From: Octopus bimaculoides
Lineage: Eukaryota
Direction of reading: 5' to 3'
DNA length: 64,000 nucleotides
NCBI RefSeq assembly: GCF_001194135.2
Contig: NC_068985.1
Location: forward strand, 103,366,070 to 103,430,069
The notes under the pieces are model-generated. The model saw only the letters and a program-made list of their open reading frames with translations, searched no databases and was not told the DNA's origin. A program made the position numbers and the translations under genes. Below, piece by piece: positions 26,960-41,500 of the stretch (positions are counted from its first letter, which is position 1; each line of letters starts with the position of its first letter).

Positions 26960-27330
26960 ACCATGACAGAAGATTATAAGACTGATTGTCCTTGAGAACT
27001 ACTTTATGCTAATAATCTTGTTCTTATAGCAGATTCTGTTGAAGAATTAGAAAAGAAAATTCCAGCTATGAAAGTAAAACCTGGAGTCAAAGTATTTTTA
27101 AGTTAACTTTGCAAAGATTAAAGTTTCAGTAAGCAAGAAAACAAACAGGACTCTACTCCCATCAGGTAAATGGCTCTGCTCAATATGTAGGAGAGGTGTA
27201 GGCAGGAATTCCATACTGTGTATGCAGAGCAAGCTATGGACAAACAACAGGTATAGTGGAATCACAGGAAAGTTAACAGAAAAAATAGTTTTTGTATTTG
27301 GGAGAAGCACAGGAGCCATAATTCACAGAA
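26960..27330 (+). mobile_element. Decayed RTE-clade LINE fragment (RT C-terminal part and Cys-rich downstream region)
   Basis: KTDCP*ELLYANNLVLIADSVEELEKK (decayed PWELLYADDLVL motif), then after a frameshift SGKWLCSICRRGVGRNSILC..KLWT...SGITGKL. Confidence 0.8.
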
Positions 27331-29099
27331 ATATTAACAGTCTCTCATTCAGTGTGAAAGACAGATAGCATGATAACTGTTTGAACAGCAATGCTAGTGA
27401 TGGAAAAATAGTAGTGGAAGTGGTTTGAGGAAAATAAGAAAGAAGATGAACAATAATAATGAGGGAGGCAGGTGAGGTTGATGGTAAGAATGAGCAAGGG
27501 GTGTCAATGGAAAATAGCTCAGGGGAGTGAGTGTAATGACTGGCAGTGCAGAAAGTGTTATGATATGATATATAACAACTTCAGCTTTCATTAATATTCA
27601 AATATTTGCCAGAACCTTCTGATGCAGATAACGATTTCGCATCACAAATCTCTAAAATGTTGTGTTAATCCATACACATACATTATTATTGGACCTTATA
27701 ACATACTATACATGGTTATGTCACCTGTCATTCTTTATCCAAAATAGCTGCAAAGATAAAAGTTGATTACATCATACATTTATTTCTTTGAAAATGCAAC
27801 ATTCCATGTAAATACATTCCTTGTGCCTACTTTTGTTTATCTGCCCTTTTTTTTTTTTTTACTTACATACCTGATACCTGCTTGACAAAGGTCATACTAA
27901 TTACTGACTTCCTACATTAGAGTTACCTGCCTCGGATGAAGGAGTTGGGGTTTAAGTTTCTCTCTCTGTCTGTCTGTCTCTCATCTCTCTCTCTCTCTAT
28001 TTCTCTCTCTCCTGATATATGTATATATATATATATTTTCGTTTTGCTCCTCTGCATGAGACAGCATCTGTAAACTATATGTCCTGTAGTTTTTTTCCTC
28101 TTGAAGTTCAGTGAAACAAAAAATATCCCTTACTTGAAAAGCATGTAAGGATTGACAATAGGCTGAGCATCTGATTGTGAAATGCTGTCCAAAATAAATA
28201 TCCATCCAATTCATGCCAAAATGGAAAAATAGACATAAAATGAACAAATGTGTAATATACATATAATACTAGTTTTATCCAATCTTTGCAATCAGTACGC
28301 CATAACTGTGTCTATTATAAGAGTTGACTGTAAGGATTGATGACAGGAAGAACATCTGGCCATAAAACTGTGTTGCAGAAATGGAACCGTGATGTAAATG
28401 TTTAGACTGTCAAAAGTACATGCTTTATCAATGAAAGTAACCTTAAAACATTTGGTGTTGTATACATATACTTATAATACTTGCATATAATACACATATC
28501 TCTCTTTCTCTGTCTGTCTGTTTGTCTGTCTCTACACATAGGAGGGGGTTGTGTTTATGTAAGCACACACATATGTTCAAATAGGTATGTAGATAAGTTA
28601 TAAGACATAGTTCAATATTAAAACTTTTGATGTCATTGTGGTATAACTAATAACATGGTTCTGCAGCAAAGTATTAATTTGTTTACAATACAACAATGGA
28701 TCAATAGTTAATTAAGGAAAGGTCTATTAATAGCAATTTTGGTCAAGTATCATATATGGTATCGTCATATGTCTTGGCATTCTTTTTTTCAGCTCTATCC
28801 TGGATTAATCTTGTCTTTCAGCACTATTGGCTTGATACCACAAGTAGTACATTATATTAACATTTAAACACTACCTTACTTAGTAGCTATGTAGTCATTT
28901 AATACATAAGATATATTGTTAGGATCATTGAAAGAGTTAGGTTGGCTTTAGGTCAGATGGTCCTCTGGTCCCTGGAAAGAAAAAATATTTTCTGGTGCTG
29001 AGTAATAGTGGACTGCCCAGCCACTTCCTGTTAGCTTCCTATGTGTTCTATAACACCCACCATATACAACAGCACTTAACCTTTCTGTGAGCTCATGTA

Positions 29100-29158
29100 T
29101 GTATGAATTATATATATGAGCTTGTGTGTGTGTGTCATATATATATATATATATGTAA

Positions 29159-29246
<88 letters not shown>

Positions 29247-29272
29247 GATTACATATATACATTATATATTTA

Positions 29273-29308
<36 letters not shown>

Positions 29309-29310
29309 CG
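29100..29310. repeat. Long (TA)n/(TG)n microsatellite; similar tracts at ~10700-11265, 14470-14700, 14940-15180, 20600-20785, 23300-23850, 25075-25580 and 34500-34570
   Basis: Directly visible dinucleotide runs; source of the YI/CV-repeat ORFs. Confidence 0.95.
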
Positions 29311-29922
29311 CACACACATGCATATTCTCAAACACATTTGCTTTGTGGTAGCTAAAAGGATGTGACTTTTAACCCCAATATGAAGAGGAAAATGTTAAAT
29401 AAAAAAACTGTTGTATGGTAAGACAACACAAAATATAATAATTATTAGTATTGAAAATTATAATCTGGGGACAACGTTCGTAACACTTATTAAGGGCAGC
29501 ATCCTGATAAAAATTTGGCATCCCATGCAATCTCGTTGGTATATATTTACTGGTGTATTTGACATGGTCCTATTACTAGCTGGCACTCAATGCTGCTAGT
29601 TTCTACACTCACCGCTGAATCCATTATTTCTCCACCCCCAGGGATAGCGGTTTCTACTACTGCCACTAGTATCCCTGACACTAAGAGTGAGTAATACAAT
29701 CATATGCTATCAGTTCTCTGTCTCTGTCTCCCTCTTCTTTACTCCCCCCCACTTCTCTCTGTATCTCTTACTCTCTTCTTTGTCTCTTACTTTCATCTTT
29801 TCTATCTTTATTTTTGTTTTTTTTTACAGCTTCTTTCCTTCTCATTACAAACGTTTTTCTATCTTCCTTCTATTCTCTTTCTTTCTCTCTTCTATCTTAG
29901 TTTTCTATCTACTTTTGCTTTT

Positions 29923-29967
<45 letters not shown>

Positions 29968-31008
29968 CTCTTACTCTTCTTCATCTTTCTCTCACTTAGT
30001 TTATGTCTATTTCTTAAAATTGTTTCCTTGTTTTGTTATTGTTTTGTCCTGTGGATTGCATTTCTTTCTTTAAATTGTGTATTTCTGCATTCGATAAATA
30101 ATCAATTTTTTAAAATTCTGATATAATTTATTTCTATTTCTTTAATTTTCCCTCTGTCACTCTCTTTCTCATTTTGTTTCACACTTCTTTTACCTCTCCA
30201 ACAATTTATACACATATTTCATTTTGTCAGAATACCAACTAAAATACAATATATTCAAAAATTTTATTGATCTCTAATTCAAGGATCTTTACTTAGCACT
30301 TGAAGACAACCGTAGGAAGCATTTCAGTTTTACATTCAGCAGTAAAACAATATAATCAAGTACAAAGGTTTTTCAGTTACTTAATCTAAGTGTCTGAAAT
30401 GTGATTATTGTTGGAAATCAGCACTTCAAGCTTACATAAAATCTCTTGGGTTTGGTGTAATTTACACATTTTATTAATCTAAAGTTATTTGTGTATTAAT
30501 TTACACCTAAATATACAAAGTTATGTTGATTGAAATCCATAACTTCTACATTGTGCTCCAGATAAGATGCCAATGTTGTGTGATTCAAATCTAGCCCAAA
30601 TCCTTAGATACGTCTGATAATGAACTTAATGATTACTTCAAATTATTCACTTAAATATCTGCAGGCCATAAGTTGTTTGAGCAGAACTAATAAGACAACT
30701 CAAAAGTAACAAACTATGAATTGATTCAATATTGTACCTAAATAAAACACATCATTAAGCAACACAGATATATTTGCTACATCATTAAAACACCATTCAT
30801 TTCAAATCTTTAATCACATTCTCACAAATAAATAATTTAAAACTCTTCAATACTTAGTTGTGTAATTCTTTGTGAGGGTTTGTTTCAGTTAGTCCATCTG
30901 ATGCCACTGCATGTTCAGTCACTAAGCCTATACATACATACATATATATATATAAATATATATATGTGTGTGTGAGAAAGTTGGTATGTGAAAGCACGTG
31001 GTTGGATG

Positions 31009-31955
31009 TATAAAAGATAATAAGAGTGAAAAAACTACAGAAGGCTTGTGTTACATGGTTAAAGTATATATTTAAATTATGTCAGAAAAATGTTAGAAAA
31101 ATGTTATAAAATCTTTTTGGTATATAAACATTGTATTTTGAGAAATAACCGGTTTCGTGTTGTCTTTTCAAATTTCTCTACTTGTGTCGTAACATGTTCG
31201 TTCCAGTCTGAAAAAGAAGAGTTCTAGATAGGGGGAGGTAATTAGGGATTTCTTGCGGTATAGGGGAGATAATCGAAATTTAGGAGTTGCTAGAATTTGA
31301 TTAATTTACCATGGTTTTGTTCTATATTTTTTTCCTTTTTTTTTCAGTGGGGTGTTGAATTTCCTTATTTAAATGTGTTAGCAATGGTTAAGTTTGGGTT
31401 TGTATTTTTGAATGAAAAAGGTTTCCTTATTTAATCTAATCTGTGTTGGTGTTTTAATGGCACATTGATAAAAAGGAAAGATTATAAATTGCTACCACAT
31501 TCCTTTTTATCAATGTGCCATTAAAACACCAACACAGATTAGATTAAATAAGGAAACCTTTTTCATTCAAAAATACAAACCCAAACTTAACCATTGCTAA
31601 CACATTTAAATAAGAAAATTCAACACCCCACTGAGAAAAAAGGGAAAAAAATATAGAACAAAACCATGGTAAATTAATCAAATTCTACCACCTCCTAGAT
31701 TTCGATTATCTCCCCTATACCGCAAGAAATCCCTAATTACCTCCCCCTATCTAGAACTCTTCTTTTTCAGACTGGAACGAACACGTTACAATGAAGTAGA
31801 GAAATTTGAAAAGACAACACGAAACCGGTTATTTCTCAAAATACAATGTTTATATACCAAAAAGATTTTAACATTTTTCTGACATAATTTAAATATATAC
31901 TTTAACCATGTAACACAAGCCTTCTGTAGTTTTTTCACTCTTATTATCTTTTATA
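31009..31955. repeat. Long foldback inverted repeat (arms 470 and 456 bp, 21-nt spacer); MITE/foldback-like element
   Basis: 31009-31478 is the reverse complement of 31500-31955, apart from one ~13-nt indel and about ten substitutions; the right end runs into (TA)n(GA)n(GATA)n. Confidence 0.95.
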
Positions 31956-31976
31956 TATATATATATAGAGAGAGAG

Positions 31977-32029
<53 letters not shown>

Positions 32030-32030
32030 T
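31956..32030 (+). repeat. (TA)n(GA)n(GATA)n compound microsatellite abutting the foldback element
   Basis: Directly visible. Confidence 0.9.
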
Positions 32031-32931
32031 ATGGAAAAGGTATAGATAATTCTATTTGTTTTCATTTTATGTATTTTTTTGTCTTGATTCTGTTATGCCC
32101 TTCTCAATAGTAAAGTAACATTGCAATAGCAGTGACCCTAAAAATGTATATCATAATTTAAGAAAATTTAGTAGTTCACATATTTTGATTTTTTTCCCCT
32201 TTCCAAAATTTTAATATCATCAAATTATACTGAAGGAAGATTCTCTAATCTCTCACACAATATAACAAGTATTAAATTTATGGTTAAATAGTTAATGTTT
32301 TTTGAAGGGAGCATCCAGCTAGTCAAAATTTAGCGTATTTCAGGCTACCGTAAATATTCATGTGTCTGTGCATAAGTGAGACAATGTAGGATCTGTCAGG
32401 CTAGGTGAACTCAATACACACTGGAACAAAGAGAATAGAAAGATTATTTTGGATGCAATGCTCAGCAGGTGATTTATTCCTACTTAAAGAATTTAACAAT
32501 TTTGGAAATTGATTGAATCAATTTTGATCCTAAAATGAATTGAGTTTGCAATTTGGTTTCTAAATGTAGTTATTTTATTTAATGTAAATTATTAATGCCT
32601 ACATCATAACAACCATTTATCTCTTCTGTCATAAGAAATATATATTCTGACTGAAAAATGCAATAAAAAAAAAGTATTTGACTTTTTATGACCAATTTGT
32701 CAAATTCTAATATAGTTGTATTTGCCTATGATAAAATAATATATATTTTATAAATTAAATTCAACCTCAGTTGAAACTCTTAGAAGTAAGGTTTCAACCC
32801 TATCTAAAATATGGATATGTTTCCTGAAGTACAGGCTTGCAAGTCCCTAATTGTTATTTTATATTGTATTCAATATTCTAAATCAAAATTTGGTGAGCAC
32901 ATCCTTTCTTTCATTTTTTTTTTTTTTTTTT

Positions 32932-33444
32932 NNNNNNNNNNNNNNNNNNNNNNNNNNNNNNNNNNNNNNNNNNNNNNNNNNNNNNNNNNNNNNNNNNNNN
33001 NNNNNNNNNNNNNNNNNNNNNNNNNNNNNNNNNNNNNNNNNNNNNNNNNNNNNNNNNNNNNNNNNNNNNNNNNNNNNNNNNNNNNNNNNNNNNNNNNNNN
33101 NNNNNNNNNNNNNNNNNNNNNNNNNNNNNNNNNNNNNNNNNNNNNNNNNNNNNNNNNNNNNNNNNNNNNNNNNNNNNNNNNNNNNNNNNNNNNNNNNNNN
33201 NNNNNNNNNNNNNNNNNNNNNNNNNNNNNNNNNNNNNNNNNNNNNNNNNNNNNNNNNNNNNNNNNNNNNNNNNNNNNNNNNNNNNNNNNNNNNNNNNNNN
33301 NNNNNNNNNNNNNNNNNNNNNNNNNNNNNNNNNNNNNNNNNNNNNNNNNNNNNNNNNNNNNNNNNNNNNNNNNNNNNNNNNNNNNNNNNNNNNNNNNNNN
33401 NNNNNNNNNNNNNNNNNNNNNNNNNNNNNNNNNNNNNNNNNNNN
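32932..33444. other. Assembly gap (N run); other gaps at 744-1017, 6351-6360, 14541-14577, 14984-15152, 23557-23708 and 25107-25568
   Basis: N characters, almost all flanked by microsatellites or poly-T. Confidence 0.99.
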
Positions 33445-34516
33445 TATATATACATACATACATACATACATACATACATACATACATACATACATACATA
33501 CACACACAATATTTTATGGTCAGCCTGAATACATATCAGTACTTAAGGTTTCATGTTGACTTGAAATCATGTTGCTATCTTCAGTCTGAAAATTATGATT
33601 GAAGCTAAGATGGTAGACAAGTTCATATTTTGATTTGAGGAGCATAAGTCTCACATAGAGAAAATACATATGAATTTTTGCCTCAGTATGCTAAAGTGTG
33701 ATAATTCTCAAGACAGCAGGTACTAATCTACAAGAGTTAGGGAAGTGATTCTCCTTTCTGGGTAAACAATCATATGTATATGAATATGCCTATTGCATAC
33801 ATGATATATGGTTACCCTTAGTTTTATATGTATTTTTCCTATATTCTCCCAAGTTTTTTTGTGTGTATCAAAGCATATGTTCGTTAACTCAGAAAGGAGA
33901 ATCACCCCTCTTATAGTAGATTTACATTTGTTATTATTTGTTGCTTTGAGAATTATTTTCCTTTCAACAGTATTAAAACCTGCTGAGACATGCTTCATGT
34001 ATTTCATCTATGTCATATTTATACTTTATACCATTACGCCATCTTTAGTCAGAATTCATAACCCAAAGGTTGTGACATCCTTTCATTCTAGTATGAAGCC
34101 TTGGATAGTGATACAAATTCTTGCTGACCATAAATAAATATTGTACTGTATCTCTGGGGTTGTGTACTCTTTCTTCTGTTTGTTAATACTAATGTGTGTG
34201 TGTGTGTGTATGTATGCACACACACACACACAGACATATACACACATATTTATATATTATATGTTGGTGTTTTCATGCAAAATGCACATCTCTGTTAAAA
34301 GTGTGTAGAGTTGATTATAATTATGCATTGATAAACCAGATTATTTTCTCATACCTAAATATTTTGTGTAGTTGATGTTCATATTCATCAGTATCTGAAA
34401 TAATATTTCAGGCTCACCAATTATTGCAGTCAGATAGAGGAAAATAATCCAGTTTACCATTACATTATTGAGTGTGTATATCTATATACACATATTCATA
34501 TATATTTCTGTGTGTA

Positions 34517-34573
<57 letters not shown>

Positions 34574-37500
34574 GGCTTTATTTATGTGTATGTGTGTAGA
34601 CTTACATACATGTACATGAATTTTTTAAAGCGTTAGCACAAACACAAGAGATCAATATATGCCTATAATTGAAATATACAGTCTGGAATTGTATCTTTGT
34701 GTAGTACTAGAATTTTTCACTTAAAATTGGATTTCAAATATTCACCTTGCTCAGAAATAAGCTATAGTTATCAATAGCATACATGCACACACACATATAC
34801 ACATACACATATATGTTAACTGTTAACATTAGAAAAAAATGTTAATTACTGAAGAAATACTGAATCAGTTGGTAATTCTGGTAAAATGATTTACAATTTT
34901 TATTTTCATTTTGTTTTATTTATTTTTCTTTCTGTATTTAGTTACAACTTCTTATTGTTTGGTGTCCTTGTATCTCTTTGTTAAAGAAAATATTTGTTTT
35001 TTGTTTAGTCTTCAAAAGAAAATAAGGAATTGTCAAGTTGTGTTTTCTTTGTGATTTGCATGGAATTATATATAAAACTTATCCTTTGCACATGTGAACT
35101 ATTTCCAGTTATTTCAATCAGCTGCCTAGTTTAACAATTATATTTGCTTACAATTTACATGTTTTTAGGTACTTTATCTTAGATTACAAAATTTTAAGGA
35201 AGATATTTACCAGAAGTATTACAAATCTGATAAATATAGTCCTGCAATGTTTCTTACATTATGAATCACAGTAATCATTACCTCCACATGCTATAGTTTA
35301 CTCTTTAAATGCTTTGGATACAAATATAATGAAAATGTACAATAAGAATGATTAGGTGAAGAGAAAGATAATGTAAAACTATTTGAGTGTTTGCTATTCT
35401 AGTAGTATTTCCATTCAAACAGTTTCCAGTTAATTCAATAACTTTAAGCAATAAAATTGCAGATATAGGCAGTGAATTGGCAAAGCTATTCAGATAAAAT
35501 ACCTTGCAGTGTATATTCAAGCTTTATGTGCTCAAAGTTCAAATCCTGCCATTGTCATATCTTTCATCCTTTTGGAATCAATAAATAAAGTACCAGTCCA
35601 AGACAGTGGATTGGTGAAATTGTTAGAATGTTTGACTATTTACTTTACAATGCTTGTTCTGGCTTTGTGCCATATGAGTCCAAATCTCACCACCACTGGA
35701 AGAAAACAAAAACAGGTCTTTCAGTTCTAACAGAAGACGGTAATAGACTGAAGAGGTCTTTAAATAAGTGCTCAAGTATTTCAGTTTATTGCCTCTATTG
35801 ACAAAATACATTTGCTTGGAAGAGGGAATGCAAGTGAACTTTCAAATTCTGTGTATTCTCCACCCCCATCTCTCTCTTTAGAATTTAGATCTATATTATT
35901 ATGTTGTATAAGTTTATATTTCATACTAGCTTCCTGCAATTCTTTTAACGAAGGAAGTCTTGTACATGAAATCAGATTCAGTATTGTATAAGGAAATAGA
36001 GCAGCGAAGCACCTTGTGGTGGTCTTAAAACTATAATACTTTACCTGTTGCATTGAAATCATATCAAACTCAACTTTACCTTTCATCTCTTCAAAGTCAA
36101 TAAAACAAGTACCCGTAATACACTGAAGTCAACTGATCCTCCTCCTCTCCTCCAGAAATATGTGATCTTGAGTCAAAGTTAGATATTTTTAAAGGAGAAA
36201 ACAATCTAACTTTAAATAATATAAAATGAAAGTTTGCTGTATTAAACAACATATTATAGAATCAATGAATTAGGCCTTCTTTATAGATTGTTTTCTTCAC
36301 TTTACTAGTGAACAGAAAAACAATGATTTTTATAGGAAGTTTACTGTAAGTTAGTGGTTAAGTCATAACAATTCCAGTAATTCTATTTTAAATGACAGCA
36401 AATGTACACAGATATTATTATAATTTTTTAATATATCGAATCCAATGTCATAGCCAAAAGGTAACATTGCTAGTATTCCTGATTTGGTTGTTTATTTTAG
36501 AAGTATAGTTATTAGAACAATTTTTTTTTATAGATCTAAATTATAGAGTTGCCTTACTACTGCACAAAATATCAGTTAAATAGGTGTCATTTATGATATT
36601 GCTCACATTTATTGATCTTGAGATATCATTTTGCAAATCAATAGTATATATCACTTTTAAAGAACACCTATACTTCAAGATTATCTATCTCCAATGAAGA
36701 GCATTGTCAATTTTCAATTGTTGCACGCATTGCTGGAGTATGTAAGAAAGGAAATAAATTAAATGCAGCTGATATATTTCAGAATAGTAAATGTATCTTA
36801 AATCATATAATATATTCACTTCTTTGGAATCAGATTTGAAAAATTACTGTAAATATTCACAGATGTGATAGTCTGGAATATAGAATCATTTGCAGAGGGT
36901 AGTTGTAGAACATGTAATTATGTTTCAGTGACTATATTCGTCTTTCTTGCCATACAAAGATATGTGTAAATGAAGGATGAACCAGTTACCAGGTTTGTGT
37001 GTGTATGTGTAATATATGTAAATAGATATATTTGGAAAATATATATATTTATAATTAATGTGTGTATTTGTTTTAATTCTGTTATATTTTGTATTTTTTG
37101 TCTTCGTTTATAATTTCAATCTTGTTTCATGTTCATGTTATCTCAGTACCAAATGTAGTCAGGTCTGTTGCTGTTATTATTGTCATTGTTGTTGCTGTTG
37201 TTGTCATTGGTCATTTATGTTGTCTGATTATTTCTGCTAGTTTGGCAGATTGATCTGTTCATAACAGATTTACATAATTGTTCTATCATTATTCTTTAAT
37301 GTAGACCTATGTCTGATATTCACTAGTCTTCTATTCTGTTACTTCATTCTCTTGTTTTTAATATTGCTTGATATGATTTAGAAACAACTTGTTAATATGT
37401 TATCAATTGAATAAAACATAGTTATGGATTTACAAAAGACAATTTTCACAATCCTAGAATCTAGATAAATTCAACCTTTTTAGTTTATTTAATGTAGTTA

Positions 37501-38344
37501 ATAACTGTAATATTTAGGAAAAAAACTATGACATTTATACATATATAATTTTTTTGTACCACATTATTATTATTATTTTTATCATCATCATCATTATTAT
37601 TATTATTATTATTACCATCATCGTCAATAGATACAAAATAAACTTTCTTTTGATTTTAATTTATTTTCATGCTAGTGAATAATAAGACTGGAAAGAATGG
37701 AAAGAATTCTTGTCCAAAATGTGGAACTATCACCCAAAATCACTAATTCCTTTAGCTATATGGCTGACAAAACACTTTGTTATTTCTTCTTTAAGTTGTA
37801 CTTTGTATGCAAACCTGTTCTGTGTTTCACTATTTATGTTACTCAACTATGATATATGTCTATTTCTGTCCTATTGAAATCTGTCATATATGAAGATAGT
37901 TTGTTTATTGTATTAGTGCAAAAACATATAAGTGCTCAATACACTCTACACTATGTAGTGAAAGTGTGTGGAGTGTGAAAACAATTTTATGTGTAATGTT
38001 GGAGATTTTAATCCTTTCCTGAGTTTCACACAGCTAGTCTTTCATGGGAAGTAACTGTGATTATGTGTAGACAATTAGAAAAAGAAGGTGGCTGCATCTA
38101 CGGCACTGTTTAATGTGGTGTTATGTTGACAGTTGAATTGTGTTCAGACTTGTGATATATCCCTGAAATTGAGTTAATCAAATTAAAGAATTGTTTGTTT
38201 TCTTACATACCTTTCTTTGTTCTATTTGTATAGACGAGTGCAGTCTAATGTTGATCATTTTATGTTTCCTGCTGGCAAAATGTAGGAAACCATTATCATT
38301 ATTAGAAAGTTCTGAAGATGATTATAATATTGGCTTCTAACAGT

Positions 38345-38510
38345 AGGAACAAAACCACACATTGCTGAGGAAGAGTTAAGGTGATTAAATTGACCCCTTT
38401 ACTGATATTTTATCAATCCAGAAGGATGAAAAATAAAGTTGATATTGGCAAGATTTGAACCTAAAACATAAAAGTGTTCTGACAAACTTGACAATTCACT
38501 GCCAATTTTT
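38345..38510 (-). mobile_element. Decayed SINE family A copy
   Basis: GGATGAAAAATAAAGTTGATATTGGCAAGATTTGAACC matches the family core in reverse. Confidence 0.6.
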
Positions 38511-41500
38511 AATGACTAATATTAATTAGTTAGAGAGTATTTCAATATGTGGTAAAAGAAAAATATTGATAGGTAACTTATTTGTAAGTACAATCAACAA
38601 TTCCATATCACTTCTCTTTCTTAAATTGCCCAAATCCCTAAATACATTTGTTGGTTTACTTCTTCCTGTATCTTCCGAGCATATTTTATAAGCAAGCACA
38701 GTTTGTATATCATGGAATGGTTGAAACAACACCAGCTGTCTTCCTTTCTTAACTTCTATTGATTATCAGAGCTTGTGTCCGTGCAAGGTGTGTTGTGTGA
38801 AACCTGCACATGGATTAAAATCTCCATTACATTACATGAGTGCACTCAGATATACACGCTCATATATATTTATAGAAAGCAGCAAATTACATTTTCCTCC
38901 TATTCTTTATTTAACATTATATCTTAAACTAGTTTCTCTTAACAAATTTACATTGACTTACTTATTTGGGTCACATTATTAATAAAAGAAATTATTATTG
39001 TTATTATTAGTTGTATGTAGGATACAATTTGCTGCTGCTGCTAGTTCTGATGCTTAAAGGTATAGGATTTTATTATATGTATAAACGTATGTATAGAGGC
39101 AACTATAAGTACATGCACACATTACAGATGCACACACACATATGTATATGTGTGTGTTTGTGTGTGTATACATATATATGTATATAATGTATGTTTATGT
39201 GCATGCACACATATATGTATTGTGTAATGTATTTTCTGATATTTCAATACAAACTGCTTAACTAAGATAGAATTATCCCTTGATATTATTCTCAAAATAA
39301 ATTTCTCAACTAAAACATCCTGTCCTGTGACTTTGGGTTGTGTCTTCATTGGGGTCATTTAGTAAATATTCCTGATATTTAGTTATCTGTTTATACTTAG
39401 TGTTTTTATTCTCACTTCAATTTTATAAGGGGTCCTGAACACTTGTATCCACACATAAACACCCATATACACACTAAGTTATGGTAACAGTATTATATCC
39501 ATTACTGCATGTATATGATTATACTTGCAAATATATTAATAACTAAATTAAACTGATACACATACAATACAGCTTTTGGCAAATTTCTATTTTTAATATT
39601 TTTACATTTCTAAACTTCATGTAGTATGACTTCATATAAATAAGAAATATGACAACTAAATGTGAACAGTTGTCACAAAATGAATGTGTCAATGAGTGAA
39701 TGAGTTTTAATATCTAAGAACCATTTCAACTAATTTCAATGTTTTATATATAATTCTATTTAAAACTACTATTTTCCAGTAGTTGTAGACTGGAGAACAT
39801 TTCTCAGCATCACTGGCCTATTTTTTGTCTACAATGGACTTTTGTTTTCATCTAATATTGATATAATTTTGTTGACCTTTTAGACGTACATTCACAGATC
39901 TGACGAGATATTTCAAAATATGGTCTAAAGTGTAGAATATCTGTTGTTCATGCTAATTCTAGAACAATTTGGCTTTTATGAAACAGTTCCCTTAAAAATA
40001 TGAAGGAAAACAAAAAAGTATATTTCATCTAGATAATTCTTGTGTTCTCCCTCTAATACATACACTAATGTACACTCTTTCATGCACTCATGCACACACA
40101 TCCTGATTGAAAATCAAATGAGTATCAGCTCTATTCGTTTTTTCCTAGCTTGCAGAATTAGTTTCCATTAATTTTAGTATTCCTCTCCTCTGACAGTTGG
40201 AAAATTTTTTATTGTCCATATTGTAGTTTGAATGATAAAATGGAATATTTTCCAGTAAAACATGCATTAAAGAACATCACCGAGAGATTTTTCCTTACTT
40301 CCAATTAATATATTTCACTCTTTTCCAAAGGATAGAAATGAGTGATGACTAAGGAAAATTTAGAAAAATTTTGTTGCTTGGAATCCAACAATTTTTCTCT
40401 TTCTCAGTAATAGAAAATTGCATATATGAGTAAAGATAGAAGAAATTACATTGACCTTGAAAAGCTTGCTCTAATATATTAAAGTGTTCAGAAATTTGGT
40501 TGAAGTACTTTAAGAATTTCTAGCACACAATTCACATAAAGGTTAAGCTTAATCAAGATATAATTTTCATATTCACTGCATAGCATTATCATTATAGAAC
40601 TTAGAAAATTTAAAAAATAATAATTCCCTTAGTCATCAGAAATTTCATAAAAGAAAAATCAGTAGTTCAGTAGCATTAATCTTGTTATCTTACAGTGAAT
40701 TATAATATTAGCTCACATGGCATACAAGACTTATGTTTTCTCTAGTGACATTTGGAGTCAAGACTAAGAGATATCATAGAAGATAGCATTAATGATGCAG
40801 TTGGGATATCTGACAGTTGTCCTGTTTTCATCTGTCTAAACACACAATAGTTATTTTAATAAAAGTGTAAATACTGAGGATCATAATGGAGAAAAAAAGA
40901 AGCTGTGTAATATTTGTTTTTCCTTTCTCAAGTGCATTAATATTATAATGGAAATGAAATGCCTGTTTTGCTTGGAGCTTAACTGGAATCTCTGTTACTC
41001 AAAACAAGCAATGTCATTTTTTCCTTCTTCCTAAACTAAGAATTACGTTAACTGACAGTTTATAAAATTATTATCACATTATGGTTAAAAAATTCTGTTT
41101 GAAAATGAAAAGACTCACTTATAGCTGCCTTTATAATCACTCTAATGATTCTGGTATAAATTTCATGTAAAACTTCAGTGTCTAATTTATGTGTAGTTCC
41201 ATAAACCACGTTGGCATAGCTACATAACACACATCACAGATAAATGCACAAAAGAAAGGAAGTATTTTACAGGCACAAAATAGTTCTATATGACTGTTTT
41301 GCGTGTAACAAGAACAATCTCAATTTTTTATAATAGTTACTTCCCCTTTCCTCTCAAAAGATTACTTAACACTAAATTCATAAGTTAGTTAATTTAAAAT
41401 GTAAAAATAAATTGGTGCTGAAGGAATATTCAGTTACTGCAAAAGTGTTGGCTGTTCAATCATATCAAAAACGTTTTAGTTTCAAAAGCCTTTATTCAGT

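Noticed and set aside
29611-29677. H-type pseudoknot topology (ACCGCT/AGCGGT with CAGGGAT/ATCCCTG)
   Set aside because: Lacks P3/P1.1/P4 of HDV-like ribozymes, has long loops, and 6-8 bp stems are expected by chance in 64 kb
649-33602. Dozens of ORFs rich in YI, CV, HT, FLS, I or X in the ORF track
   Set aside because: They are translations of (TA)n, (TG)n, (CTTT)n, (AAT)n tracts or N gaps, not genes
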